A DNA stretch of 64,000 bases from contig CBDCGL010000011.1 of NCBI GenBank assembly GCA_965216755.1, positions 1,696,001 to 1,760,000 of the forward strand, given 5' to 3'. Positions 10,120 through 20,826 of the stretch are shown here, piece by piece (positions within the stretch are counted from its first letter, which is position 1; the number at the start of each line of letters is the position of its first letter). The notes beneath the pieces are model-generated. The model ran no database searches and was not told where the DNA came from. It saw nothing but the letters and a program-made list of their open reading frames with translations. This DNA comes from Alphaproteobacteria bacterium (GTDB taxonomy: Bacteria; Pseudomonadota; Alphaproteobacteria; UBA7887). Both the position numbers and the translations under genes were made by a program.

Positions 10120-11246
10120 GCGAACACGTCGAATGTGTCGTTGTGGGCGCGGGTGTTGTGGGGCTGGCGGTCGCCCGCCAGCTGGCGATGGCCGAACGCG
10201 AAGTTGTCGTCGTCGAAGCCGCGGACGCGTTTGGGACTGAAACCAGTTCCCGTAACAGCGAAGTCATTCACGCGGGAATCTACTACCCGACCGACAGCTT
10301 GAAGGCGCGCCTCTGTGTCGAGGGAAAACAACGCCTTTACGCGCTGTGTCACAGCCACGGCGTGCCGCATAAACCGATTGGCAAATTGATCGTCGCCACT
10401 GATCTAAAGCAGCGCGACGCGCTAACTCGATTGCAGGAGGCAGGTCAGCGCAACGGCGTCGACGATCTGGAACTGATTGGCGCAGCTGAAGCACGCGATT
10501 TGGAACCGCAGCTGCGTTGCGAGCTTGCGCTCATCTCGCCATCGACCGGTATCGTCGATAGCCATGCACTCATGTTGGCCCTGCTGGGCGATGCCGAAGC
10601 GCACGGCGCCATGGTCGCGTTTAATTCCACGCTGATCGCGGGCCGCGCCGACGGCGATGGAATCACTCTGACCATCAACGACGATGACGGGCCATTCGAC
10701 ATTACGGCGAAGATGGTGGTCAACGCTGCGGGTCTAGGCGCGCATGACGTGGCTGCCGCCATTGTGGGCGTTCCCACAGACAAAATTCCACCACGTTATA
10801 TCGCCAAAGGGAACTACTTCACGCTCAGCGGTCGCGCCCCGTTTTCACATTTGATCTATCCGATCCCAGAGGACGGGGGACTCGGCGTCCACGTGACCCT
10901 TGATATGGCGGGCGAAGTCCGGTTTGGACCCGATGTCGAGTGGATTGATGAAATTGACTACGAAGTTGATCCCGGCCGAGCCGATCGATTTTATCCGGCG
11001 ATTCGAACCTATTACCCGGCTTTGGCCGACGGTTCGCTACAGGTCGGTTATGCGGGCATTCGCCCGAAAATCACCGGTCCAGGTGAGCCGCCAGGAGATT
11101 TCGTCGTTCAAGCTCAGGACATCCATGGCATACCCGGTCTGATCAACCTTTATGGCATTGAATCGCCGGGGATAACCGCATCTCTGGCAATCGCCGCTCT
11201 AATTGCAGAGAAACTTGGGGTCGTGGACACCGAGCACATCACCTGA
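10116..11246 (+). CDS. FAD-dependent oxidoreductase, L-2-hydroxyglutarate oxidase (LhgO) family
   Basis: [35 protein letters not shown]; ATGA coupling with upstream gene. Confidence 0.88.
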   Translation: MSEHVECVVVGAGVVGLAVARQLAMAEREVVVVEAADAFGTETSSRNSEVIHAGIYYPTDSLKARLCVEGKQRLYALCHSHGVPHKPIGKLIVATDLKQRDALTRLQEAGQRNGVDDLELIGAAEARDLEPQLRCELALISPSTGIVDSHALMLALLGDAEAHGAMVAFNSTLIAGRADGDGITLTINDDDGPFDITAKMVVNAAGLGAHDVAAAIVGVPTDKIPPRYIAKGNYFTLSGRAPFSHLIYPIPEDGGLGVHVTLDMAGEVRFGPDVEWIDEIDYEVDPGRADRFYPAIRTYYPALADGSLQVGYAGIRPKITGPGEPPGDFVVQAQDIHGIPGLINLYGIESPGITASLAIAALIAEKLGVVDTEHIT

Positions 11247-11256
11247 CTGCGGCTTG

Positions 11257-12321
11257 TCATTTCTCCAAGAATGCCGCAACAGCGTCGAATACGCGCCCGG
11301 GATTGCGCTCCAAACTTATGAAATGGCTGCCATCTTCGAGCTCCACCAGTTCTTTGTCGACAGCGCCTAGGCGGTCGAACAGTCCGACCGCGTCTTCGTG
11401 CGTGGCGGTCGGATCGTCCAGCCCGCGCAGAACCAGCGTCGGCACTAAAATTTCAGCTGCCTCAAAGATTGGCCGACCGGAGAAAATCTCAAATACATCA
11501 ATCAATACCCCATTGGGCGCTCGAAGCTTTGGTGGCGCTGTGTCATTGCTGGCCGGGTCGGTTCGCAGGAGTTCCGAGAACCACGTGCGAAAAACGCGAT
11601 CCTCACGCCATGCGTCTTTGTCGTCGGGCACAATCTGGGCTTCCCAGCGCGCGCGTGCCGCCGCCTCGGTCACTGTTCGATACGCCCCAATCGCGGGATT
11701 GAAACGGCGCGGATCGGCCGGATCCGCCAAACCGAACTGGGCGATCCGGTCAGGCAAATGCAATGCATAAACCGGCGCATAAAGCACCAATTTCTCCACC
11801 AAGTCATTGTTCCGGGCGCTAAACATGCCCGTCGTGACCGTCCCCCAAGACCAACCGATCAGGTAAACTTTTGCCACCCCTGCCCGTTCGCGAATCAAAG
11901 CGGCCGCGTCGCCGATGTCCCTGATGGCGTCGGTCGCGCGTGAAAACGGCGGATTGTCGGCTGCGGGCAAATCCATCGTCGCCGGCCGCGTGGAACGACC
12001 GTAGCCACGGATGTCCAAGTAGTACGCGGCGTAACCGCGACGGACCAAATCTTCCGTCCAGTTATATTCAGCGATGGGCAGATCGAACGAATCTCCCGGA
12101 TAGGTGGCGCCGTGGACCATCAGGACGGCCTTACCCATTTCGGCGGCTTGATGCCCGGCCGGGAGCGTTTCGCGAACATAGATCCGTGCAGATGCGTCGG
12201 CAGAACTCGGCACATAAAGATGGTTGCGCATGAACGCGTCCGCCCCGGCCGGGCCGGATCGAACAACCGTCCCAGTGGCCAGGACGACCAGCGCCAGCAT
12301 CCCCAATCGAACGACTTGCAT
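11257..12321 (-). CDS. Secreted alpha/beta hydrolase
   Basis: GGAGG RBS before ATG 12321, signal peptide, HGAT, DIRGYGRS, nucleophile GWSWG, C-terminal Asp/His. Confidence 0.88.
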   Translation of the reverse strand: MQVVRLGMLALVVLATGTVVRSGPAGADAFMRNHLYVPSSADASARIYVRETLPAGHQAAEMGKAVLMVHGATYPGDSFDLPIAEYNWTEDLVRRGYAAYYLDIRGYGRSTRPATMDLPAADNPPFSRATDAIRDIGDAAALIRERAGVAKVYLIGWSWGTVTTGMFSARNNDLVEKLVLYAPVYALHLPDRIAQFGLADPADPRRFNPAIGAYRTVTEAAARARWEAQIVPDDKDAWREDRVFRTWFSELLRTDPASNDTAPPKLRAPNGVLIDVFEIFSGRPIFEAAEILVPTLVLRGLDDPTATHEDAVGLFDRLGAVDKELVELEDGSHFISLERNPGRVFDAVAAFLEK

Positions 12322-12388
12322 TTCTCGCCTCCGTCGCCATTGAAAATGACGGAATGAGGATATCAGCGACGGGGCCGCCGTCGCCAAT

Positions 12389-14482
12389 TCATTCCGAGGC
12401 GAGTTCGAGACTTTGAACGTAGTCTTTGAGCGCTTCCTCAGCGTCCGCCAAAGCGCGGCGCAATTTGCTGTGCTCGACCTCAAGCCCTTCCAATCGATCC
12501 TCTTGATCGGAAAGCTTTGATAGGTAACGGCGATGCAGATCCTCGCCGCGTGGCACGCGGTTGAGATTGTCACGCAGCCGATCTTGGTCGGCATAGATCT
12601 CGGTGCGCTCCGCTTCAAGGTTATCGAGATTTTCCGCCAACGAATCGATCTCAGCGCGCAGGACCGCGATCTGCTCGAACGCCCGTCGCACAGGTGCTCC
12701 GAGTTCGGTCGCTTGCGCGAAGGCGCGCACCTGGCGGTCATTTAGATCCAACAGGCTCAATCGTTCGGTTAGCGGCCGCGCCAATACGACATCGACCTTG
12801 ATATCTTCACCTGCTCGCAACGCATAGGGTAGCCGGTAGGCCATGTCGGTGATCGTCACGTCGTCGCCGGCGGGAGAAATCAAGTCCCAGCCCGGACGAC
12901 GCCGATGTTCAATCAGCAATTGACGATCTTCCGTAGTCGGGGCCTTGATGCGGTAGCTGGTCGTCGCACGCTCTCGGCGCAGCAGAGACAGCACGCCGCG
13001 ACTGATCTTACCAGACACAATGGTCTGCTGGCTTCGTTCCTCACGGTCAATCCGTACAGCCTCATCGACTGCGAAACTCAACAATCGACTGTCACCAGCG
13101 GGCAATGGCGACAAGCGCGCATCGCCAACATAAGACACGGTCCCGGCCGCGCCACGCTGATATAGCGTCACGGCACCCGCCGGCAATCCAGTCTCTAATT
13201 CATTGACCAAATCGACCGAAACCAAAGGATGGCGGGGTTCGGTCATAGGTTGATAAACGGACACCAGTCCACCGGAAAGCGTGGCTTCAACCACGGGTAC
13301 GATAACCGACTGTCCCGCGGCAACGTTGACCGGGGTTTGGACACGGAATACCACTTGGCCGGCGCCCTGCTCGGGACTGACGCCAACGGCAGCCTGGGCT
13401 ATCGCCGGTGGCGCCGCCATCGCCATAACATCGGATTCAAGGCTCTCAAGCCGTGCGCCTTCGGCCATGACCGCCGATCGTTCCATTGCCACGCCCGGTT
13501 CCGGCATAAGTTCCGCGCGTTTGCGTCGGAATTCATCATCCGCATAAGCAATTCCGCCGCTGTCTGGCACCGGCAAGATTCGACCGGCAACTTCCACCGG
13601 CACGTTTGGTCGGGCGACGTAATAGGTCTCGTAGAGCGCTTGACGAAACGTGACCGGATTTCCTGACGCCACGGTTAGTTCCACGTCATGCCAATCATGA
13701 CCGGTCATGTTTTCCAACACCGCCCAGCCGAAAAGCCGCGCCAAATCGCTACTGCCTCCCTCACGCGCGACGCTAAGGCGGTATGTCGACTTCCACAATG
13801 GAACCGGAGCCACGAAACCAACGACAACCCGTCGACGGCCTTCACCACGACTGTCAATCGCGATTGTCCGCGCGTCTCCCGCGCGCATCGTCGCAATGTC
13901 GGTCAGCGCCCCTTGCACCTGCCGCGCCAAAGTGGGATTTGCAAAGGCGACGTCGGCCACATCCTCCAACACAAAGTGCCGGATACCGGCGTCCGTCATG
14001 ACGCTCACGCGATGGCGTGTCACGGTGCCGAGGTCGTCGGGCAGGCGCACCACGTCCGGTCGCACCCCCAGAATCTGCCCTTCGAGCGATTGGCCACCCG
14101 AGACCCGTATCGTCTCGCCCTTCAGGGCGTCCAACAAGTGAACCATCGATTCCAAGTCATCAATGTCAAAGGGCAAAGAGCGAAAACGATGGTCGAGCGC
14201 GTCGCGCCCCGGCAATCGGGCAATGCCAACACGGCCACGGTCATCAAATACGATAATGCTCTTTAGAACGTCGTCGACCGCTTCCATGTCCACCGGCAGG
14301 CTCAGCGTTGCATCGCCGTTGACTTCGGCGTCATATTCGAAATATCCGACGCCACCCGTCGACAACATGACCCGACGCAGAACCAGCTCCTGACCGGCCG
14401 CGGCTTCGATTTGGCCGACCATCGCAGCCAGCAACGCGACACACGCGACCAGAGACGCTCTTGGGTATCGAACGATGGGCAT
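12389..14482 (-). CDS. DUF4139/DUF4140-type exported protein with C-terminal coiled coil
   Basis: GGAGG RBS before ATG 14482, signal peptide, GGVGYFEY, DDVLKS, PLWKSTYRL, GWAVLEN..G.DW. Confidence 0.8.
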   Translation of the reverse strand: MPIVRYPRASLVACVALLAAMVGQIEAAAGQELVLRRVMLSTGGVGYFEYDAEVNGDATLSLPVDMEAVDDVLKSIIVFDDRGRVGIARLPGRDALDHRFRSLPFDIDDLESMVHLLDALKGETIRVSGGQSLEGQILGVRPDVVRLPDDLGTVTRHRVSVMTDAGIRHFVLEDVADVAFANPTLARQVQGALTDIATMRAGDARTIAIDSRGEGRRRVVVGFVAPVPLWKSTYRLSVAREGGSSDLARLFGWAVLENMTGHDWHDVELTVASGNPVTFRQALYETYYVARPNVPVEVAGRILPVPDSGGIAYADDEFRRKRAELMPEPGVAMERSAVMAEGARLESLESDVMAMAAPPAIAQAAVGVSPEQGAGQVVFRVQTPVNVAAGQSVIVPVVEATLSGGLVSVYQPMTEPRHPLVSVDLVNELETGLPAGAVTLYQRGAAGTVSYVGDARLSPLPAGDSRLLSFAVDEAVRIDREERSQQTIVSGKISRGVLSLLRRERATTSYRIKAPTTEDRQLLIEHRRRPGWDLISPAGDDVTITDMAYRLPYALRAGEDIKVDVVLARPLTERLSLLDLNDRQVRAFAQATELGAPVRRAFEQIAVLRAEIDSLAENLDNLEAERTEIYADQDRLRDNLNRVPRGEDLHRRYLSKLSDQEDRLEGLEVEHSKLRRALADAEEALKDYVQSLELASE

Positions 14483-14597
14483 AAGGGTCACCTCCATCCA
14501 GGCCACAATCAGCCCTGCTTAACCGCTCAATGCGGCAACGAGGCGCCACGATCGTGGCCCCTTTGTGTCACGAGCATAATTTTGAATTCCTAACCGC

Positions 14598-15671
14598 TTA
14601 CCAATTCGCGCCTTCGATCGCACCGATCACCGCATCGGTGACCTGTTCTGTGGTGGCGTTACCACCCAAATCGGGTGTCAAGACACGGCCGTCCGCCGTC
14701 ACCCGCTCAATGGCACCGAGAACACGTTTGGCCGAGTCATGCTCACCCAAATGGTTGAGAAGCATGGACGCCGTCCAAAAGGCGCCAATCGGGTTCGCTG
14801 TGCCCTGGCCAACGATATCGGGCGCCGAGCCGTGAATCGGCTCAAACATCGATGGTGCGGTCCCGGTTGGGTCGAGATTGGCAGTGGCACCGATGCCCAA
14901 GCTGCCGGTCAACGCCGATGCCAGATCTGACAGAATATCTGCATGCAGATTTGACGCGACGATGACATCGAGGCTTCCTGGGTCAAGAACCATGCGTGCC
15001 GTCGCCGCGTCGACCAAGACTTTGTCCGTCTCGACATCGGTGAATTTGGCGGCGAGTTCTTGAAAAATTTCGTCCCACATCACCATGCCATGGCGCTGCG
15101 CGTTGGATTTGGTCACACAGGTCAGCCTTCGTCTTGGCCGCGTACGCGCCAATTCGAACGCGAACCGCTGAATGCGCTCGACCCCTGTGCGCGTGAAAAC
15201 CGATGTTTCTATCGCGACCTCATGGGGCATGTCTCGATGGCTGCGCCCACCAACTCCTGCGTACTCACCCTCGGAATTTTCCCGCACGATGATCATGTCG
15301 ATCGCTCGGCCAAGTTCCGACCGTAGTGGCCCCGTAACGCCAGGCAGCAGGCGCGCCGGCCGCAAATTCGCGAACTGGTCGAAGCCTTGGCATATCGCTA
15401 GTCGCAACCCCCACAGGGTGACATCGTCGGGCAGGCTCGGGTCGCCCACAGCGCCGAAATAGATCGCATCGAACGGTCGCAGCAGCGCCAATCCATCCTC
15501 GGGCATCATGCGCCCATGTTGGCGGTAATGGCCGGTACCCCATGGAAACGATCCATATTCGACAGCAAAGCCGCCGCGAACCGCGACGGAATCCAACACG
15601 CGGCGTCCGGCCGCGACGACTTCGGGTCCAATGCCATCGCCACCGATCAACGCGATACGAAATGTGCGCAC
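14598..15671 (-). CDS. Tartrate dehydrogenase / D-malate dehydrogenase (beta-decarboxylating dehydrogenase family)
   Basis: GDGIGPEV, RENSEGEY, TKSNAQRHGMVMWD, FEPIHGSAPDI. Confidence 0.88.
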   Translation of the reverse strand: MRTFRIALIGGDGIGPEVVAAGRRVLDSVAVRGGFAVEYGSFPWGTGHYRQHGRMMPEDGLALLRPFDAIYFGAVGDPSLPDDVTLWGLRLAICQGFDQFANLRPARLLPGVTGPLRSELGRAIDMIIVRENSEGEYAGVGGRSHRDMPHEVAIETSVFTRTGVERIQRFAFELARTRPRRRLTCVTKSNAQRHGMVMWDEIFQELAAKFTDVETDKVLVDAATARMVLDPGSLDVIVASNLHADILSDLASALTGSLGIGATANLDPTGTAPSMFEPIHGSAPDIVGQGTANPIGAFWTASMLLNHLGEHDSAKRVLGAIERVTADGRVLTPDLGGNATTEQVTDAVIGAIEGANW

Positions 15672-15767
15672 GCCTCATACCTCTTGTCTGGTAGTTCTTG
15701 AGCGCCCCCAGGCGCGGCCGTATCATCCGCCATCCGTTCAGACAGTGCCAGAGCTAGGCTAGCAACA

Positions 15768-16754
15768 ATGGTCGAAATCGGTGTCACAATGGGCGACCCA
15801 AGCGGGGTCGGGCCAGAAATTATCTGCAAGGCCTTGGCCGATTTGTCAGCCCAAGAACGTTCGCAAATTCTGGTCATCGGCAATATCAGCTTTCTCCAGC
15901 GCGCAAACGAGATCGTCGGCGCAAATTTGGCGTTCACGACCAACTCTGGCGAAGTCGGGCGCACACGTGTGGTCACGGTCGCGACACCGAAAATGGACGA
16001 AATCCGCGATAGTGTCATGACCGCAGGTGGTGGCCACGCAGCGTATGGCTATGTCACCCGCGCCGTCGAACTGGCCCAAGCAGGCGCCATCGCGGTTATC
16101 GTCACCGCTCCACTCAACAAGGCGGCCTTGCACGCCGCCGGCCACGAATATGACGGCCACACAGGGCTGTTACAGCATCTGACCCAAGCGCCATCGTCCT
16201 ATATGCTGCTTGCTTCTGAGGAACTGTCGACCATTCACGTTTCGACCCACGTTTCGCTTGCCGATGCCATCGCGCGATGTCGCAAACAGCGGGTCTTGGA
16301 CACAATCCAAGCCGGGAATGCGCACTTGCGGGCGCTTGGGTTGGCTGCGCCACGAATCGCAGTCGCCGGTCTGAATCCACATAGCGGCGAAGGCGGCATA
16401 TTCGGTCGCCAGGAAATCGATGAGATTGCACCCGCCGTTCAGGCCGCGTGTAATGCGGGGCTCAACGTTTCCGGACCATTTTCGGGTGACACGGTCTTTT
16501 ACCGCGCTGCCAAAGGCGAATTCGATCTTGTCGTCGCGCAATATCACGACCAAGGGCATATTCCGACCAAGCTGATCGCGTTCGACACCACTGTGAATGT
16601 CTCGCTCGGCCTGCCAATTCAACGCGCGTCGGTCGATCACGGTACTGCCTTTGACATTGCCTGGACAGGCAAAGCCGACCATACAAACATGCTGGCGGCC
16701 ATCGCGTATGGCCGCCGCATGGCGGCTGCAAAGCGCGCCAACGCGGCGGCTTAG
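15768..16754 (+). CDS. pdxA: PdxA-family dehydrogenase (PdxA2-type, 4-phospho-tetronate dehydrogenase by context)
   Basis: TMGDPSGVGPEI, TAPLNK, GLNPHSGE, YHDQGH, SVDHGTAFDIA; next to a DUF1537 kinase. Confidence 0.9.
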   Translation: MVEIGVTMGDPSGVGPEIICKALADLSAQERSQILVIGNISFLQRANEIVGANLAFTTNSGEVGRTRVVTVATPKMDEIRDSVMTAGGGHAAYGYVTRAVELAQAGAIAVIVTAPLNKAALHAAGHEYDGHTGLLQHLTQAPSSYMLLASEELSTIHVSTHVSLADAIARCRKQRVLDTIQAGNAHLRALGLAAPRIAVAGLNPHSGEGGIFGRQEIDEIAPAVQAACNAGLNVSGPFSGDTVFYRAAKGEFDLVVAQYHDQGHIPTKLIAFDTTVNVSLGLPIQRASVDHGTAFDIAWTGKADHTNMLAAIAYGRRMAAAKRANAAA

Positions 16755-16763
16755 TCTGTCCGC

Positions 16764-17969
16764 GTGCTTGCCGCCGGCCTTATCGCCGATGATCTAACCG
16801 GCGCCCTCGATTCGGGCGCGCCTTTTGCGCATAGATGTCTACGCACCCGCGTATTTGCGCGATTGGGTGAGACTGTCTTCGACATCCCGAAATCGGCCGA
16901 TGTTGTCGCCGTGAACACGGCGTCACGCCATGTCACAGCTGAACTGGCCGCCATCCTGGTGCAACGCGCATGCCGTACAATCATGGCAGCGGCGCCAGCT
17001 TTACTATTCAAGAAGATCGATTCAACGCTCCGCGGCAATGTTGTCGTGGAAACGCTTGCCGTCATGGCCGCCTGCGATCGGCCGTACGCGGTCGTGGCGC
17101 CTGCCGTACCAGCGCAAAATCGCATCGTCCGCAGCGGCTTGGTCTTGGTCGATGGCGTGCCCTTGGAACGGACCTCATTCGCAAGAGACGCGCTATCGGC
17201 GCCGCTTCGCGCACCTCTCGAAAACCAGTTCAAGTCGGCCGCACCAAGTATCGCTGTTACGGTCGGCACGACCCCGCCTAAGTCGGTGGCGAATCGTCAG
17301 GTTTGGATCGCCGACGCGGAAACCGATCAGGATTTGCGTGTGATCGCGGCTTGGGCCGACGATTGCAGGGATCAGGTATTGCTGGTCGGCGCGGCCGGAC
17401 TGGCCCACGCCACGGCTGCGGCAAGTTTCCCCCAAGCGCAGCGCGCGCTAACGCGTATCGCCGCGCCTTTTCGGACGCTGTTCGTGGTCGGTTCGCGCGC
17501 ACCGGTCAGCCGGGCCCAACTCGCGTACCTTACCCACCATGACTCCACCTGCACGATGATGCGCGCCGCGCGCGGCCACTTCTCGGTCGCGCATGGGGCT
17601 CGTGCGCTCAAGCCGGCGGCGGCGAGATTGGCGATTGCCGTACCCGAGAGCCCCACAGGCGATGCAACAACGGTTGCCACCGACCTCGCCCGGAACGTCG
17701 CCGCGCTACTCGCACGCAGCGCTGCAGACGGCGTGCGGCCAGCAGTGGTCGTTGTCACGGGCGGTGATATTGCGGTGGCATTGCTCGATGCCCTGGGCCA
17801 TGCCAGTCTCGACTTGATCGACGAGCTGCGCCCGGGAATTCCGCTCAGTCGCTTGGACCTGGACGGCGCACCGCTGTGGCTGGTGAGCAAGGCTGGTGGA
17901 TTTGGCACTGAGCGCCTATTTGTGGAGCTGCCTGCGATTCTCGCCGGCCTTGGCGGCGACACGCAGTAA
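16764..17969 (+). CDS. Four-carbon acid sugar kinase (DUF1537 family)
   Basis: IADDLTGALD, KKIDSTLRGN, TGGD, SKAGGFG. Confidence 0.9.
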   Translation: MLAAGLIADDLTGALDSGAPFAHRCLRTRVFARLGETVFDIPKSADVVAVNTASRHVTAELAAILVQRACRTIMAAAPALLFKKIDSTLRGNVVVETLAVMAACDRPYAVVAPAVPAQNRIVRSGLVLVDGVPLERTSFARDALSAPLRAPLENQFKSAAPSIAVTVGTTPPKSVANRQVWIADAETDQDLRVIAAWADDCRDQVLLVGAAGLAHATAAASFPQAQRALTRIAAPFRTLFVVGSRAPVSRAQLAYLTHHDSTCTMMRAARGHFSVAHGARALKPAAARLAIAVPESPTGDATTVATDLARNVAALLARSAADGVRPAVVVVTGGDIAVALLDALGHASLDLIDELRPGIPLSRLDLDGAPLWLVSKAGGFGTERLFVELPAILAGLGGDTQ

Positions 17970-17978
17970 GGAGACACC

Positions 17979-18728
17979 ATGAATACTTTGGACCTTCGCG
18001 ACCGTGACGCGATTATCACAGGCGGGGCGAGCGGCATCGGGCGCGAAACGGCGGTTCGGATGGTCGCCTCGGGTGCACGCGTCGCGCTATGGGATCGGAA
18101 CGCGGATGCGGCCAAGACCGCCGCCGCAGAGATCGGCGGCGACAATGCCCTCGGAATCGCAGTCAACGTCGGCGACGCCGACTCGATCGCCCATGGGCTT
18201 GATGCGACGGTGCGCGCGTTCGGAAAGGTCGACATTTTGGTCAACAGCGCTGGCGTCGCCGGTGACAATTACACGCTATGGGAAACACCCATCGAAGAAT
18301 GGCAACGCGTTATCAACATCAATTTGAACGGCGTGTTTCTGTGCTGTCGCGCCGTCGTGCCGACCATGATCGCCGCGGGATATGGTCGTATCGTCAATAT
18401 CGCTTCGATTGCCGGCAAGGAAGGCAATCCGAAGGCGGCCCACTACAGCGCGTCGAAGGCCGGTGTCATCGGCCTCACGAAATCGTTGGGCAAAGAGCTG
18501 GCAACCAAAGGTGTGATCTGCAATTGCGTCACACCAGCACTAATCAGAACACCGATCATGGCCCAAAATAGTGAAGAGCATAATCGTTTTATGGCGGAGA
18601 AAATTCCCATGCAACGTCTTGGTAATGCGCAAGAAGTCGCCGCGCTCATTACATGGTTGGCATCCGAGGATTGCTCATTTTCGACTGGTGCGGTTTTTGA
18701 CATCTCGGGCGGCCGCGCAACCTATTAG
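17979..18728 (+). CDS. Short-chain dehydrogenase/reductase
   Basis: TGGASGIG, NSAG, YSASK, GAVFDISGGRATY. Confidence 0.92.
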   Translation: MNTLDLRDRDAIITGGASGIGRETAVRMVASGARVALWDRNADAAKTAAAEIGGDNALGIAVNVGDADSIAHGLDATVRAFGKVDILVNSAGVAGDNYTLWETPIEEWQRVININLNGVFLCCRAVVPTMIAAGYGRIVNIASIAGKEGNPKAAHYSASKAGVIGLTKSLGKELATKGVICNCVTPALIRTPIMAQNSEEHNRFMAEKIPMQRLGNAQEVAALITWLASEDCSFSTGAVFDISGGRATY

Positions 18729-18792
18729 CGCAAATTCCGACGGTGAATGCATCACCGACCATTGGTGTGCGAATAGAAGGTATCCACGGCTC

Positions 18793-19509
18793 GTGAAACT
18801 TCGCCGTCCACTCGTATTCGGCACGATCGTGGTGGGCGTATCTGTGCTGGCCGGTTTCGCGGTACGCCACACCTATTACGCAGGTCTGTGGCGTTTTAAC
18901 TACCCAGCCGTCGGCGATTTTCCAGTCCAGGGATTGGATGTCTCGCATCACCAAGGGCCCATAGACTGGCCAGCCGTACCAGCCGGACGTTTCAAGTTCG
19001 TCTACATCAAGGCCACCGAAGGTGGTGATTTCCGCGACTCGCGGTTTCATGAAAACTGGCGCGGCGCACAGGAAGCCGGGTTGCGGGTTGGCGCATACCA
19101 TTTCTTCACCCTGTGCCGGCCGGGCGCTGATCAAGCTCAGAATTTCATCGACGTGGTGCCCGTGGTCGATGGCGCGCTGCCGCCCGTTGCCGACCTTGAG
19201 TTCGGCGGCAATTGTTCCCGACGACCACCACAAAACCTCATCGTCAACGAATTGCGCGACTTTACGGACCGGCTCGCGGCGCACTACGGCACGCATCCGA
19301 TTCTTTATGTAACAGACGAATTCTTTGTCCACTATATCGCCCGCAGTCTGTTTGCTGATTATGCGATGTGGGCCCGCAATCTATTTGGCCAGCCGGACCC
19401 AGATCTGTTTCCAGACTGGTTGATTTGGCAATTTGCAAACAATGGTCGCGTGCCTGGCATCACTGGCCGTGTCGACCTCAACGCGTGGCGTCCCGCGACG
19501 TCCGACTGA
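18793..19509 (+). CDS. GH25 lysozyme/muramidase with N-terminal membrane anchor
   Basis: GLDVSHHQG, IKATEG, GAYHFF, DLE, WQF, VDLN; GTG start at 18793 inferred. Confidence 0.9.
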   Translation: MKLRRPLVFGTIVVGVSVLAGFAVRHTYYAGLWRFNYPAVGDFPVQGLDVSHHQGPIDWPAVPAGRFKFVYIKATEGGDFRDSRFHENWRGAQEAGLRVGAYHFFTLCRPGADQAQNFIDVVPVVDGALPPVADLEFGGNCSRRPPQNLIVNELRDFTDRLAAHYGTHPILYVTDEFFVHYIARSLFADYAMWARNLFGQPDPDLFPDWLIWQFANNGRVPGITGRVDLNAWRPATSD

Positions 19510-19523
19510 CCGATCGTCGACGG

Positions 19524-20117
19524 TCAGTTGGCCGGACTTGTCTGCGTCAGCGTATAGACCAAATCTGCGAGGTCCGCGAAAACCGACACGGGCAATGCGA
19601 CAATGATTTGCGCACCTTCGACCATCGCATATTGTTGCGCGCGGTCGGCGGTCATGGACCCGCCGGCCAGCTTTAGAAATGGCCGGTCGTTGGCGTCGGA
19701 GAACAACATGATCAAGGCACCGGAGTGCGCCACGCCATATGCAGCGCTTTGGTCGGCCAACGCAACGATTTCGGCAACGGTCGACTGCGCAAAGGACTTC
19801 AAACTTCGTTCGATTTCAAAAGCAACCTGAGGATCGCCCGCGTGACTGTGGCCAGTCGCACCGCCGGTCTCCCCATGGGCATGGAAATACCATCCCCCGT
19901 CCGTCGTCCGTTCAAACCGGTGCAGACGATCTTCCAGAATAATTTCCACGCTCTTTACCTGTGCCGCCGGCACGGTCATCAGCGGTATGCGGCTTCGGTC
20001 ACCGTTGCGGGGTTTCGCTGCAACATCGAAGAGCTCTGGTCCGAATGCGCGCATGGCCCCATAGGCCGCCACGGCACTGACCAAAGCCAACAGGCCAAGG
20101 ATGAACCACAGGCGCAT
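19524..20117 (-). CDS. DUF4340-like periplasmic protein with His-rich loop
   Basis: N-terminal TM, WYFHAHG...GHSHAGD, AAYGV; last gene of Gld-like operon, paralogous to upstream gene. Confidence 0.65.
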   Translation of the reverse strand: MRLWFILGLLALVSAVAAYGAMRAFGPELFDVAAKPRNGDRSRIPLMTVPAAQVKSVEIILEDRLHRFERTTDGGWYFHAHGETGGATGHSHAGDPQVAFEIERSLKSFAQSTVAEIVALADQSAAYGVAHSGALIMLFSDANDRPFLKLAGGSMTADRAQQYAMVEGAQIIVALPVSVFADLADLVYTLTQTSPAN

Positions 20118-20173
20118 CTTCCCGCCCTCAACCCAAAAAGACTCGGCCGCACTGCAACCTGTGACGCTCTGCC

Positions 20174-20815
20174 CTATTTCGCGACCGCGTCTTGCCTCAA
20201 TTCCGGCATGGGTGTCGGCGCGTTCTCCTCGCCAAACACAAGCGCCAGTAGTAAGGCAATGTAATAGCGCGGAATCAGTGAAATTTCCGGATCGCCATCG
20301 CGCATTGTGTAATATGTATAATTGGTCGGCAAAAGATCTCCGACATAAAGAAGATCAAGCGGCTGCGCATAGTCTACGCCATCCGCGCCCAGGCCGTAAA
20401 ACGCAATCATGGCTTGCGGATTGGTCAGTCCATAGGCGGCCATATCCTGTTCCGGCTTGATTTTGCGATCCACCAACAGGCTTGCGGTCAAGGCAATCTG
20501 TTTCGCGATCTTGTTGGCCTGCTCTGGCACGGACATATGTTGATCGGTACCTGCGGGTGCGATATCACCGCCGCTGTGGCTATGCGACGCATCGTGCTGA
20601 AACCAGCGCCCTTGATCATCTCGCATCAGTGACACAAACTGGCCCTGGTACATAACTTCGACCGCACCCAATTCAGGCTCGGCAAAGCTGAATATGGGAA
20701 ACCGGCCGGTCGGCGCTGGCGGTTCGGAATCGAAAAACGTCGTCTTCTCCATCGCGACCACGGTCCCCACCAGAACCAGCAACAGGGACCAAACAACAAT
20801 CAGCCGCACACGCAT
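20174..20815 (-). CDS. DUF4340-like periplasmic protein with His-rich loop
   Basis: N-terminal TM, WFQHDASHSH, AAYGLTNP, LYVGD..P..YTYY pattern; follows GldG-like gene. Confidence 0.7.
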   Translation of the reverse strand: MRVRLIVVWSLLLVLVGTVVAMEKTTFFDSEPPAPTGRFPIFSFAEPELGAVEVMYQGQFVSLMRDDQGRWFQHDASHSHSGGDIAPAGTDQHMSVPEQANKIAKQIALTASLLVDRKIKPEQDMAAYGLTNPQAMIAFYGLGADGVDYAQPLDLLYVGDLLPTNYTYYTMRDGDPEISLIPRYYIALLLALVFGEENAPTPMPELRQDAVAK

Positions 20816-20826
20816 GCCGTGCCGCC

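Noticed and set aside
12322-12741. Long N-terminal extensions in the ORF track (also 45064-45354, 56164-56370, 59774-60001, 18571-18792)
   Set aside because: They overlap neighbouring genes; downstream starts fit the family N-termini, gene spacing and, where visible, RBSs better
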